Positions 37,650 to 46,337 of a stretch of 64,000 nt of DNA are shown one piece after another. Below the pieces are notes generated by a model, which worked only from the letters and a program-made list of their open reading frames with translations, was not told where the DNA came from and made no database searches. Origin of the DNA: Malikia sp. (GTDB lineage: Bacteria; Pseudomonadota; Gammaproteobacteria; Burkholderiales; Burkholderiaceae_C). The position numbers were made by a program, and so were the translations under genes. Numbering within the stretch: position 1 is the stretch's first letter; the number at the start of each line of letters is the position of its first letter. The DNA lies in assembly GCF_028687635.1 (NCBI RefSeq), contig NZ_JAQTZS010000005.1, forward strand, positions 18,663 to 82,662, given 5' to 3'.

Positions 37650-38627
37650 TCAGGCCAGCGGCGCCAGCCCGAACGCCTGCCGCAGCGCGCGCGCCGCGTC
37701 CTGGTGCGCGGTCAGCGCTTCGGGAATGGCGCGGCCCATCTTGATGAAGTCGTGCACCACGCCGCGGTAGATCTCGAGCTCGACTGGCACCCCGCTCAGG
37801 CGCAGATGATCCGCCATCAGCACACCCTCGTCGACCAGCGGATCGCACTCGGCCAGGCCGAACCAGGCCGGCGCGACGCCCTCCAGCTCGGACGCCAGCA
37901 GCGGTGCGAAGCGCCAGTCCTCGTGTTCCTCGTCTCGGCCCAGGTAATGGCCGAAGAACCACTCGATGGCTTCGGACTCCAGCAGGAAACCGTGGGCAAA
38001 GGTCTTGTGCGAGGGCGTGTCGCTGCGGGCCGCGCAACCCGGGTAGAACAGCAGCTGCAGCGCCAGCTTCAGGCCGGCGTCGCGTGCCTGGAGCGCAGTC
38101 ACCAGGCTCAGCGTGCCGCCCGCGCTGTCGCCACCGACGGCGATCCGCTTCGGGTCAAGTCCAAGTTCGGCCGCCTGAGCGTGCAACCAGACCAGGCTGT
38201 CCCAGCAGTCATCGACGGCGATCGGGAACTGGTGCTGCGGCGCCAGCCGGTAGTCGACCGACAGTACCGCGCAATGCGCCAGGTGGGACAGATGCCGGCA
38301 CAGGCTGTCATGCGTGTTGAGGCTGCCGACCGTGAAGCCCCCGCCGTGCAGATAGAGCAACACCGGCAGATCAGGCGCTTCATCCTGCAGCGCAGGTGCA
38401 TAGAGCCGCGCCGCGATCTGTTGGCCATCGCGCATCGGGATCAGGAGCTCCTCGACCCGTTTGAGCTTGTGCGGCGGGATGTCTAGCACGCCGGAGCCGG
38501 CCTCGTAGAAGGCCCTGGCCTGCTCCGGCGTGAGCAGGTGGATGGGCAGGCGGTTGGCGCGCGCGATGCGGTCGAGCACGCCGCGCATCGCCGGCTTGAG
38601 CAAGGTCCGGGGATTGTGGTGGTTCAT
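37650..38627 (-). CDS. alpha/beta hydrolase, hormone-sensitive-lipase (family IV) type esterase
   Basis: 325 aa with the HGGGF oxyanion motif (LYLHGGGFTVG), the nucleophile elbow GDSAGG, and DPLVDEG and HDF near the C-terminus. A 3-nt gap separates it from the upstream gene. Confidence 0.85.
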   Translation of the reverse strand: MNHHNPRTLLKPAMRGVLDRIARANRLPIHLLTPEQARAFYEAGSGVLDIPPHKLKRVEELLIPMRDGQQIAARLYAPALQDEAPDLPVLLYLHGGGFTVGSLNTHDSLCRHLSHLAHCAVLSVDYRLAPQHQFPIAVDDCWDSLVWLHAQAAELGLDPKRIAVGGDSAGGTLSLVTALQARDAGLKLALQLLFYPGCAARSDTPSHKTFAHGFLLESEAIEWFFGHYLGRDEEHEDWRFAPLLASELEGVAPAWFGLAECDPLVDEGVLMADHLRLSGVPVELEIYRGVVHDFIKMGRAIPEALTAHQDAARALRQAFGLAPLA

Positions 38628-38630
38628 GAC

Positions 38631-39095
38631 TCAGAGGAAGCGGTCGAGCAGCTTGCGGCTGGCCTTGTCGAGCGACAGCGGGTCGCGGATCATGAACTGC
38701 ACCCCATGGCTGTCGTGCACCAGCAGGGTGGTCGGATTCAGGCGCCGGATGTCCTCCTCCCCCTTGAGCACGAACTGGCAGCGGCCGCGATCGGTCTCCA
38801 CCGTCCAGGTGCTGGGCGTGGCGAAGGAGCTGACTTCGAGCAGGCGCTGGATCAGCGGCATGAACTCGCGCTGGTGCAGTTCCTGTTCGAGCAAGGCGCG
38901 CTGCTCGGGCGGCAGTTCGGCCAGGTCGGCAATCCAGGCGACCTCGTGGCCGCTGGGTCCCACCAGCGAGATGTTGGCCGCTGGCGTCTGGATCGGGAAG
39001 GCGCGCACGGCCGTGACCGGCTCGTGGACGGTGCCGTCCGGCGTATGGACCTTGAGTCGGCCCAGCGGGTTGCGTTGAATGCGTAGGGTGGGCAT
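38631..39095 (-). CDS. DUF1854-family protein (cyanophycin-metabolism-associated by annotation)
   Basis: 154 aa (..VRAFPIQTP...ISLVG..GHEVAWIADL..LP...R.LLEQEL..REFMP.I..L..). This matches my recollection of DUF1854 proteins that follow an ABC fusion gene next to cphA. The family name was not verified by search. Confidence 0.7.
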   Translation of the reverse strand: MPTLRIQRNPLGRLKVHTPDGTVHEPVTAVRAFPIQTPAANISLVGPSGHEVAWIADLAELPPEQRALLEQELHQREFMPLIQRLLEVSSFATPSTWTVETDRGRCQFVLKGEEDIRRLNPTTLLVHDSHGVQFMIRDPLSLDKASRKLLDRFL

Positions 39096-39099
39096 GGGT

Positions 39100-41370
39100 T
39101 CAATCCTCCGGCAGCATGTCGCGATTGGCCTCGGCCTGGCGCTGCTGCGCCTGGTAGAGACGGAAATAGGCGCCTTCGCGCGCGATCAGCTCGTCGTGCG
39201 TGCCCTCCTCGACCTTGATCCCCTTGTCCATCACGACCAGGCGGTCGGCCTTGCGCAGGGTGGACAGGCGGTGCGCGATGGCGATCGTGGTGCGGCCCTT
39301 GACCAGGTTGTCCAGCGCCTTCTGGATCTCCTTCTCGGTCTCGGTGTCGACGGCGGAAGTCGCCTCGTCGAGGATCAGGATGCGCGGGTCGATCAGCAGC
39401 GCGCGCGCGATCGAGATGCGCTGGCGTTCGCCGCCCGACAGGCCCTGGCCGCGCTCGCCGACCAGCGAATCGTAGCCCAGCGGCAGCCGCAGGATGAAGT
39501 CGTGCGCGTGCGCCGCGCGGGCCGCCGCGACGATCTCCTCGCGGGTTGCGTCGGGCTTGCCATAGGCGATGTTCTCGGCGATGGTGCCAAAGAACAGGAA
39601 GGGCTCCTGCAGCACCAGGCCGATGTGGCGCCGGTAGTCGGCAATGCCCATCTGGCGGATGTCGGTGCCGTCGACCAGGATCGCGCCTTCAGCCAGGTCA
39701 TAGAAGCGGCAGATCAGGTTGACCAGCGTGCTTTTTCCCGAACCGCTGTGGCCGACCAAGCCGACCATCTCGCCCTCGTTGAGGGTGAGGTCGAGGTCGC
39801 GGATCACCGCGCGGTTGCCGTAGCGGAAACCCGCGCCGCGCAGCTCGATCTTGCCGCGCATCCTGGGCAGCACCACCGGCTGGGCCGGCTCGGGCACGCT
39901 GGAGACATGGTCGAGGATGTCGAAGATGCGCTTGGCGCCGGAAGCGGCCTTCTGCGTCACCGAGACGATGCGGCTCATCGAGTCGAGCCTGGTGTAGAAG
40001 CGGCCGATGTAGGCGATGAAGGCCGTCAGCACGCCGACCGAGATGCTGTCCTTGGACACCAGCCAGATGCCAAAGCCCCAGACCATCAGCAGGCCGATCT
40101 CGGTCATCAGCGACACGGTCGGAGAAAACAGCGACCACAGGCGGTTCAGCCGGTCGTTGACTTCCAGGTTGTAGCGGTTGGCATCGCGGAAACGCTGCGC
40201 CTCGCGGTCCTCCTGGGCGAAGGCCTTGACCACGCGGATGCCGGGAATGGTATCGGCCAGCACGCTGGTGACCTCGGACCAGACCCGGTCGATCTTCTCG
40301 AAGCCGGTGCGCAGTCGGTCGCGCACGGCGTGGATCAGCCAGCCGATGAAAGGCAACGGCAGCAGGGTCGCCAGCGCCAGCGTCGGATTGATCGAGAACA
40401 GGATGCTGGCCGTCATCAAGATCATCAGCACGTCGGTCGCGAAGTCCAGCAGGTGCAGCGACAGGAAGACGTTGATGCGGTCGGTCTCGTTGCCGATGCG
40501 CGCCATCAGGTCCCCGGTGCGCCGTCCGCCGAAGTATTCGAGCGAGAGCTTGAGCAGGTGCTCGTAGGTGGTCGTGCGCAGGTCGGCACCGATGCGCTCG
40601 GACACCAACGCCAGGATGTAGGTCTTGATCCAGCCCAGCGCCCAGGCCAGCACGGCCGAGCCGAGCAGGCCGCCGAGCAGCAAGGTGACCAGTCCGGTGT
40701 CGATCGGCTGGCCGTTCTGGTACGGAATCAGCACCTTGTCCATCAGTGGCATGGTCAGGTAGGGCGGCACCAGCGTCGCGGCGGTCGAGGCCAGCGTCAG
40801 CAGGAAGCCCGTCAGCAGCTGCCAGCGATAGGGATGCGCGAAGCGCCACAGCCGCAGCAGGGTCCAGGTCGACGGCGGCGTGTGGATCACCCGGGCACAG
40901 ATCTCGCACTCGTCGAGTTCGGGGTCGAGCGGCGACTGGCATTGCGGACACAGACTCAGCGGTGCCAGCTGCATCGGCTTGCCGTGCAGCAGGAACTCGC
41001 GCCTGGCCTCGAACTGCTCAAGCAGCCGATTCGCCTGCACATGGGCGCCCAGCGTGTAGCGCCAGGTGCCGATGCGCTCGTCACCCTGCACCAGTTCCAG
41101 CAGACCGATCCCGTTGTGGTCGCTGCACAGCAGCTTGAGGTCCTGATCCAGCGCCCAGTGACGCAGGACAGGCTGCGCGGTGCCACCTTCCAGCGCCCAC
41201 AGTTCGTCGGCCGTGACCAGCAGCAAGCCGGCACCGAAGCGCAGCTGCTCGTCGAGGTCGAGCTCCAGCCAGGCCTGGATCGGGACGCGGCCCAGGCTGG
41301 CCGTGACCACGGAGCGCCAGGCCAGCGGGAAACCCGATGGCAGTTCAGCCTGTTCCTTGTGTGACGTCAT
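39100..41370 (-). CDS. ABC transporter permease/ATPase fusion (exporter type) with a roughly 190-aa N-terminal extension
   Basis: The start is taken at MTSHKEQ (ATG 41370). The protein has six-TM ABC_membrane features, Walker A GHSGSGKST, the signature LSGGERQR and Walker B ILILDEATS. The N-terminal extension contains CPQC...CEIC. Confidence 0.9.
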   Translation of the reverse strand: MTSHKEQAELPSGFPLAWRSVVTASLGRVPIQAWLELDLDEQLRFGAGLLLVTADELWALEGGTAQPVLRHWALDQDLKLLCSDHNGIGLLELVQGDERIGTWRYTLGAHVQANRLLEQFEARREFLLHGKPMQLAPLSLCPQCQSPLDPELDECEICARVIHTPPSTWTLLRLWRFAHPYRWQLLTGFLLTLASTAATLVPPYLTMPLMDKVLIPYQNGQPIDTGLVTLLLGGLLGSAVLAWALGWIKTYILALVSERIGADLRTTTYEHLLKLSLEYFGGRRTGDLMARIGNETDRINVFLSLHLLDFATDVLMILMTASILFSINPTLALATLLPLPFIGWLIHAVRDRLRTGFEKIDRVWSEVTSVLADTIPGIRVVKAFAQEDREAQRFRDANRYNLEVNDRLNRLWSLFSPTVSLMTEIGLLMVWGFGIWLVSKDSISVGVLTAFIAYIGRFYTRLDSMSRIVSVTQKAASGAKRIFDILDHVSSVPEPAQPVVLPRMRGKIELRGAGFRYGNRAVIRDLDLTLNEGEMVGLVGHSGSGKSTLVNLICRFYDLAEGAILVDGTDIRQMGIADYRRHIGLVLQEPFLFFGTIAENIAYGKPDATREEIVAAARAAHAHDFILRLPLGYDSLVGERGQGLSGGERQRISIARALLIDPRILILDEATSAVDTETEKEIQKALDNLVKGRTTIAIAHRLSTLRKADRLVVMDKGIKVEEGTHDELIAREGAYFRLYQAQQRQAEANRDMLPED

Positions 41371-41559
41371 GTTGCAATAAATTTTTAGGGACTGTTCGCG
41401 AAGGAGACGAAGTGAGTGGAAAATCCAGCGCAGAAGGCTGATCCGCCGGACTGGTTGACCGACTAATCCCAAGACCAGCCTGATTCAGTTTGTTCAGATT
41501 GTAAAGCTGAGCCGATTCAGAAAATCCGCCCACATCAGCGCATTGCATCCGGCCTCGAC

Positions 41560-43722
41560 ATGAAGCATCAACCCATACAGATCCTGCGAACCAATCACCT
41601 GCGCGGCCCCAGCATCTGGACCTACCACCAGGCCGTCGAAGTCCTGATAGACATTGGCGAGCTGGAGGATTGCCCCTCCCACACCCTGCCCGGCTTCACC
41701 GACCGGCTGCTGGCCTGGCTGCCCGGACTCCATGAGCACCACTGCGGCCTGGGCTATCGCGGCGGTTTTGTCGAGCGCCTGCGCGACGGCACCTGGCCGG
41801 GCCACATCATGGAGCATGTCTCGATCGAGCTGCAGAACCTGGCCGGGCTGCCCTCGGCCTTCGGCAAGGCCCGCTCGACCGACCAGCGCGGCGTCTACAA
41901 GGTGGTGGTGCGCACGGGCCAGAAGGAAGTCGGCATCCGGGCGCTCAATGACGCCCGCGACCTGGTGATGGCCGCCATCAACGATGAGCCCTTCGACGTC
42001 GCCGCCTGCGTGCAGCAGCTCAAGACCCTGATCGAGCTGCACGCCCTGGGCCCGAGCACGCGCGCCATCGTCGAGGCCGCCACCCAGCGCAAGATTCCGC
42101 ATATCCGCCTGATCGACGACGGCAACCTGGTCCAGCTCGGTTACGGCGCCAAGCAGCGCCGCATCTGGACCGCCGAGACTGACCGCACCAGCGCCATCGC
42201 CGAAGGCATCTCCAAGGACAAGGAACTGACCAAGGAGCTGCTCAAGTCCTGCGGCGTGCCGATTCCCGCAGGCCAGGAGGTCGACAACGCCGAGGAGGCC
42301 TGGGAAGCGGCGCAGGAGATCGGTTTTCCGGTGGTGGTCAAGCCGTCGGACGCCAACCGCGGCCGCGGCGTGGTGCTGGACCTGCACACCCGCGAGCAGG
42401 TCATGGCCGCCTACGAGATCGCGGCCAAGGTCAGCTCCTACGTCATGGTCGAGCGCATGGTCGAGGGCGAGGAGCACCGGCTGCTGATCGTCGGCAACAA
42501 GCTGGTGGCCGCCGTGCGCGGCGAGCTGTCCTACATCACGGCCGACGGCCGGTCCAGCGTCGCGCAGCTGGTCGACGCCCAGATCAATTCCGATCCGCGC
42601 CGTGGCGTCGAGGAGCATTTCCCGCTCAACCCGGTGCTGTTGCCGGCCAACCGCAAGGTCATGCTTGAGCTGCAGCGCCAGGGACTGACGCCCGAATCCA
42701 TCCCCGAAGCCGGCCGCCAGATCCTGCTGGAGCGCAACGGCGTGCTGAACCAGGACATCACCGATCTGGTCCATCCTTCGATCGCCGAACTCGCCGCCCT
42801 GGCCGCGCGCATCGTCGGCCTGGACATCGCCGGCGTCGATGTGGTCGCAAACGACATCTCGCGCCCGCTCGAATCCCAGGGTGGCGCCATCATCGAGGTC
42901 AATGCCGGCCCAGGCCTGCTGATGCACCTTGAGCCCGCCGTGGGCCAGCCTCGCCCGGTCGGCGAGGCCATCGTCGAGCACCTGATGGGCACCGAGGACA
43001 GCGGCCGCATCCCGGTGGTTGGCATCAGCGGGGTCGAGCACACCACGGCGGTCGCCATGCTGACCGGCTGGCTGCTCTACCGGGCGGGGTATGTGACGGG
43101 CCTGGCCTGCAACGCCGGCCTGTACCTGCAGATGGACAGGATCGAGACCGCCTCCCCCGGCGAGTGGGAATCCGGCCAGCGCATCCTGATGAACCGCACC
43201 ACCACGGCGGCGGTGATCGAAAGTTCGCCGCGCAGCATCCTCGAAAACGGCCTGGCCTATGACCGTTGCCAGGTTGGTGTCGTCACGGGTCTGCCACTGC
43301 CCGACGGGCTGGAAGACCACCACATCCGCACCCATGAGCAGATGCGCAATGTGTTGCGCACCCAGGTCGACGTCGTGCTGCCTGGTGGCTGCGCCGTGCT
43401 CAACGCCGATGACGAGGCTTGCGCCGGCTTGACCGAACTCTGCGACGGCAAGGTGCTGTTCTACACCATCCATGCCGACCACGAGCTGCTGGCCGAGCAT
43501 TGCGCCGAGGAAGGCGGTCGATTCCTGGTCGTGCGCGACCAGCGCATCGTGCTGCTCGATCACCGCAGTGACACCACCGTGATGGACCTGCGTCATCCGG
43601 TGGTCGAGCGGCTGTTGCAGCAGCACCTGCCCTTGCCCGCCCTGCTGGCCGCCGTCGGTGCCGCGCTGGCGCTCGAGATGGACCCGGCCCTGGTTCGCGC
43701 CGGGGTCGAGACCGCCGAATAA
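41560..43722 (+). CDS. cyanophycin synthetase paralog with a degenerate, C-terminally truncated Mur-ligase-like domain (CphA')
   Basis: 720 aa. The N-domain and the ATP-grasp region are colinear with the downstream CphA (GPSTRAIVEAA, QRRIWTAETDRTSAIAEGISKDKELTKELL, VVVKPSDANRGRGV). The P-loop position reads GISGVEHTT instead of GTNGKTT, and the last roughly 140 aa are absent. Confidence 0.85.
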   Translation: MKHQPIQILRTNHLRGPSIWTYHQAVEVLIDIGELEDCPSHTLPGFTDRLLAWLPGLHEHHCGLGYRGGFVERLRDGTWPGHIMEHVSIELQNLAGLPSAFGKARSTDQRGVYKVVVRTGQKEVGIRALNDARDLVMAAINDEPFDVAACVQQLKTLIELHALGPSTRAIVEAATQRKIPHIRLIDDGNLVQLGYGAKQRRIWTAETDRTSAIAEGISKDKELTKELLKSCGVPIPAGQEVDNAEEAWEAAQEIGFPVVVKPSDANRGRGVVLDLHTREQVMAAYEIAAKVSSYVMVERMVEGEEHRLLIVGNKLVAAVRGELSYITADGRSSVAQLVDAQINSDPRRGVEEHFPLNPVLLPANRKVMLELQRQGLTPESIPEAGRQILLERNGVLNQDITDLVHPSIAELAALAARIVGLDIAGVDVVANDISRPLESQGGAIIEVNAGPGLLMHLEPAVGQPRPVGEAIVEHLMGTEDSGRIPVVGISGVEHTTAVAMLTGWLLYRAGYVTGLACNAGLYLQMDRIETASPGEWESGQRILMNRTTTAAVIESSPRSILENGLAYDRCQVGVVTGLPLPDGLEDHHIRTHEQMRNVLRTQVDVVLPGGCAVLNADDEACAGLTELCDGKVLFYTIHADHELLAEHCAEEGGRFLVVRDQRIVLLDHRSDTTVMDLRHPVVERLLQQHLPLPALLAAVGAALALEMDPALVRAGVETAE

Positions 43723-43746
43723 ACCTTTTCTGGTTGATCAAGCAAG

Positions 43747-46323
43747 ATGGAAGTTTCCCGCATCAGGGCCCTGCGCGGCCCCAACCTCTGGTCCCGCCAT
43801 ACCGCGATCGAGGCCGTAGTCAAGCTGGAGCCACAGGAGTGCAATCTCGCGCTGCTGCCTGGCTTCGTTGACCGCCTGCGCCAGCGCTTCCCGCAACTCG
43901 GCGCCCTGCCCCATCCGGGTGGAGCGTCCGGCCTGTCGCTGGCGCACGCGCTCGAGCGCGCTACGCTGGCGCTGCAGGCCGAAGCTGGCTGCAAGGTCAG
44001 CTTCGGCCGCACGTCCAAGGCGCCCGACACGGGCGTCTACCAGATCGTGATCGAATACACCGAGGAAGCCGTCGGGCGCATGGCGCTCGACCTCGCGATC
44101 GAACTGGTCGAGGCCGCGCTGGAAGAAAAACCCTTCGATCTGGTCGAGGCGATCGCGCGCCTGCGAACCACCGACGAGGATGTGCGCCTGGGCCCTTCGA
44201 CTGGCTCCATCGTCGACGCGGCGGTCGCGCGCGGCATTCCCTATCGCCGTCTGACCCAGGGCAGCCTGGTCCAGTTCGGCTGGGGCAGCAAGCAGCGCCG
44301 CATCCAGGCAGCCGAGGTCGACCGCACCAGCGCGATCGCCGAGGGCATTGCCCAGGACAAGGACCTGACCAAGAAACTGCTGCACTCGGCCGGCGTGCCG
44401 GTGCCGCTGGGCCGTCCGGTCAAGGACGAGGAAGACGCCTGGGCGGCCGCGCAGGAACTCGGTGGCCCGGTGGTGGTCAAGCCGCTGGACGGCAACCAGG
44501 GCAAGGGCGTGACCGTCAACGTCGAGACGCGCGAGCAGGTCATGGCCGGCTACCGCAACGCGCGCCACTACCGCGAGGAAATCTTGGTCGAGCGCTTCCT
44601 GCCCGGCATCGACTACCGTTTCCTGGTGGTGGGTGACAAGCTGGTGGCAGCGGCCAGGCGCGACCCGCCCTTGGTGATCGGCGACAGCTCGCATACCGTG
44701 CGCGAACTGGTCGAGATCGTCAACCGGGACCCCAAGCGCGGTGACGGCCACGCCACCCCTCTGACCAAGATCCGGCTCGACGACATCGCGGTCGATCGCC
44801 TGCGCGAGCAGGAGCTGACGCCCGAATCGGTGCCGGCGCTGGGCCAGCGCGTCGTGCTGCGCAACAACGCCAACCTTTCGACCGGCGGCAGTGCGACCGA
44901 CGTCACCGACGAGGTCCACCCCGATGTGGCCGCGCGCGCCGTTGCTGCGGCCCAGATGGTGGGACTCGACATCTGCGGCGTCGACGTCGTGTGCCAGAAC
45001 GTGATCGAGCCGCTTGAGCAGCAGTCCGGCGGCGTGGTGGAAGTCAATGCCGCGCCCGGCCTGCGCATGCACCTGAGCCCGAGCTTCGGCAAGGGCCGCA
45101 ACGTGGGCGAGGCGGTCATCAATCACATGTACCCGGGCGGCGACGACGGCCGCATTCCGATCGTGGCGGTCACCGGCACCAACGGCAAGACCACCACCGT
45201 GCGCCTGACCGCCCATCTGCTCAAGGGCAATGGCCTGCGCGTCGGCATGACCAACACCGATGGCGTCTACGTCAACGGCCGCCAGACCGACAGCGGCGAC
45301 TGCAGCGGTCCGCGCAGCGCGCGCAACGTGCTGATGCACCCGGACTGTGACGCGGCCGTGTTCGAGACCGCGCGCGGCGGCCTGCTGCGCGAGGGCCTGG
45401 CTTACGACCGCTGCCAGGTCGCGGTTGTGACCAATATCGGCGCCGGCGACCACCTGGGTCTGAATTTCATCACCACGCTCGAAGACCTGCGCGTGCTCAA
45501 GCGCGTGATCGTGCTCAACGTCGCACCCAGCGGCATGGCGGTGCTCAACGGCACCGACCCCGAAGTCGTCAAGATGGCCAGGCACTGCCCGGGCCAGATC
45601 ACCTACTTCGGCTACGACCCGCACCACCCTGTGATCGCCACCCATCGCGCCTTGGGCAAGCGCACGCTGTTCGTTGACCAGGGCGACATCGTCGCGGCCG
45701 AAGGCGGCCGTGAAATCCGCCTCCCGCTGTCGGGGGTGCCGATCACCGCCAATGGCGCGATCCGCTTCCAGGTCGACAACGCGATGGCCGCCATCGGCGC
45801 TGCCTGGGCGCTGGACATACCCTGGGAGCGCATCCAGGCCAGCCTGGCCACCTTCGTGAGCGATGCCCAGGCCGTGCCAGGTCGCTTCAACCTGTTCGAC
45901 TACAAGGGCGCCACGCTGATCGCCGATTACGGTCACAACCCGGACGCGATCCAGGCCCTGTGCGATGCGGTGGTCAACATGCCGGCTCAAGAGCGTGTGG
46001 TGGTGATCAGCGGCGCGGGCGACCGCCGCGACGAGGACATCCGCGACCAGACCAAGATCCTGGGCCGGGTCTTCGATGAGGTCATCCTGTATCAGGACGC
46101 CTGCCAGCGCGGCCGCGCCGATGGCGAGGTGCTGGCGCTGCTGCGCGAAGGCCTGGTCGGTGCGAGCAAGACCCAGCGCGTGCAGGAGATCCAGGGTGAG
46201 TTCGTCGCCATCGACACCGCGCTGGCCGCGCTCAAGCCCGGCGACCTCTGCCTGATCCTGATCGACCAGGTCGAGGAAGCGCTGGCGCATATCGCCCAGC
46301 GCTGCGAGCAAGCCAAGGCCTGA
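43747..46323 (+). CDS. cphA: cyanophycin synthetase
   Basis: 858 aa with the N-domain, the ATP-grasp domain (VVVKPLDGNQGKGV) and a complete Mur-ligase-like domain (VTGTNGKTTT, ADYGHNP). Confidence 0.93.
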   Translation: MEVSRIRALRGPNLWSRHTAIEAVVKLEPQECNLALLPGFVDRLRQRFPQLGALPHPGGASGLSLAHALERATLALQAEAGCKVSFGRTSKAPDTGVYQIVIEYTEEAVGRMALDLAIELVEAALEEKPFDLVEAIARLRTTDEDVRLGPSTGSIVDAAVARGIPYRRLTQGSLVQFGWGSKQRRIQAAEVDRTSAIAEGIAQDKDLTKKLLHSAGVPVPLGRPVKDEEDAWAAAQELGGPVVVKPLDGNQGKGVTVNVETREQVMAGYRNARHYREEILVERFLPGIDYRFLVVGDKLVAAARRDPPLVIGDSSHTVRELVEIVNRDPKRGDGHATPLTKIRLDDIAVDRLREQELTPESVPALGQRVVLRNNANLSTGGSATDVTDEVHPDVAARAVAAAQMVGLDICGVDVVCQNVIEPLEQQSGGVVEVNAAPGLRMHLSPSFGKGRNVGEAVINHMYPGGDDGRIPIVAVTGTNGKTTTVRLTAHLLKGNGLRVGMTNTDGVYVNGRQTDSGDCSGPRSARNVLMHPDCDAAVFETARGGLLREGLAYDRCQVAVVTNIGAGDHLGLNFITTLEDLRVLKRVIVLNVAPSGMAVLNGTDPEVVKMARHCPGQITYFGYDPHHPVIATHRALGKRTLFVDQGDIVAAEGGREIRLPLSGVPITANGAIRFQVDNAMAAIGAAWALDIPWERIQASLATFVSDAQAVPGRFNLFDYKGATLIADYGHNPDAIQALCDAVVNMPAQERVVVISGAGDRRDEDIRDQTKILGRVFDEVILYQDACQRGRADGEVLALLREGLVGASKTQRVQEIQGEFVAIDTALAALKPGDLCLILIDQVEEALAHIAQRCEQAKA

Positions 46324-46337
46324 TCAGGCGCGCGAGG

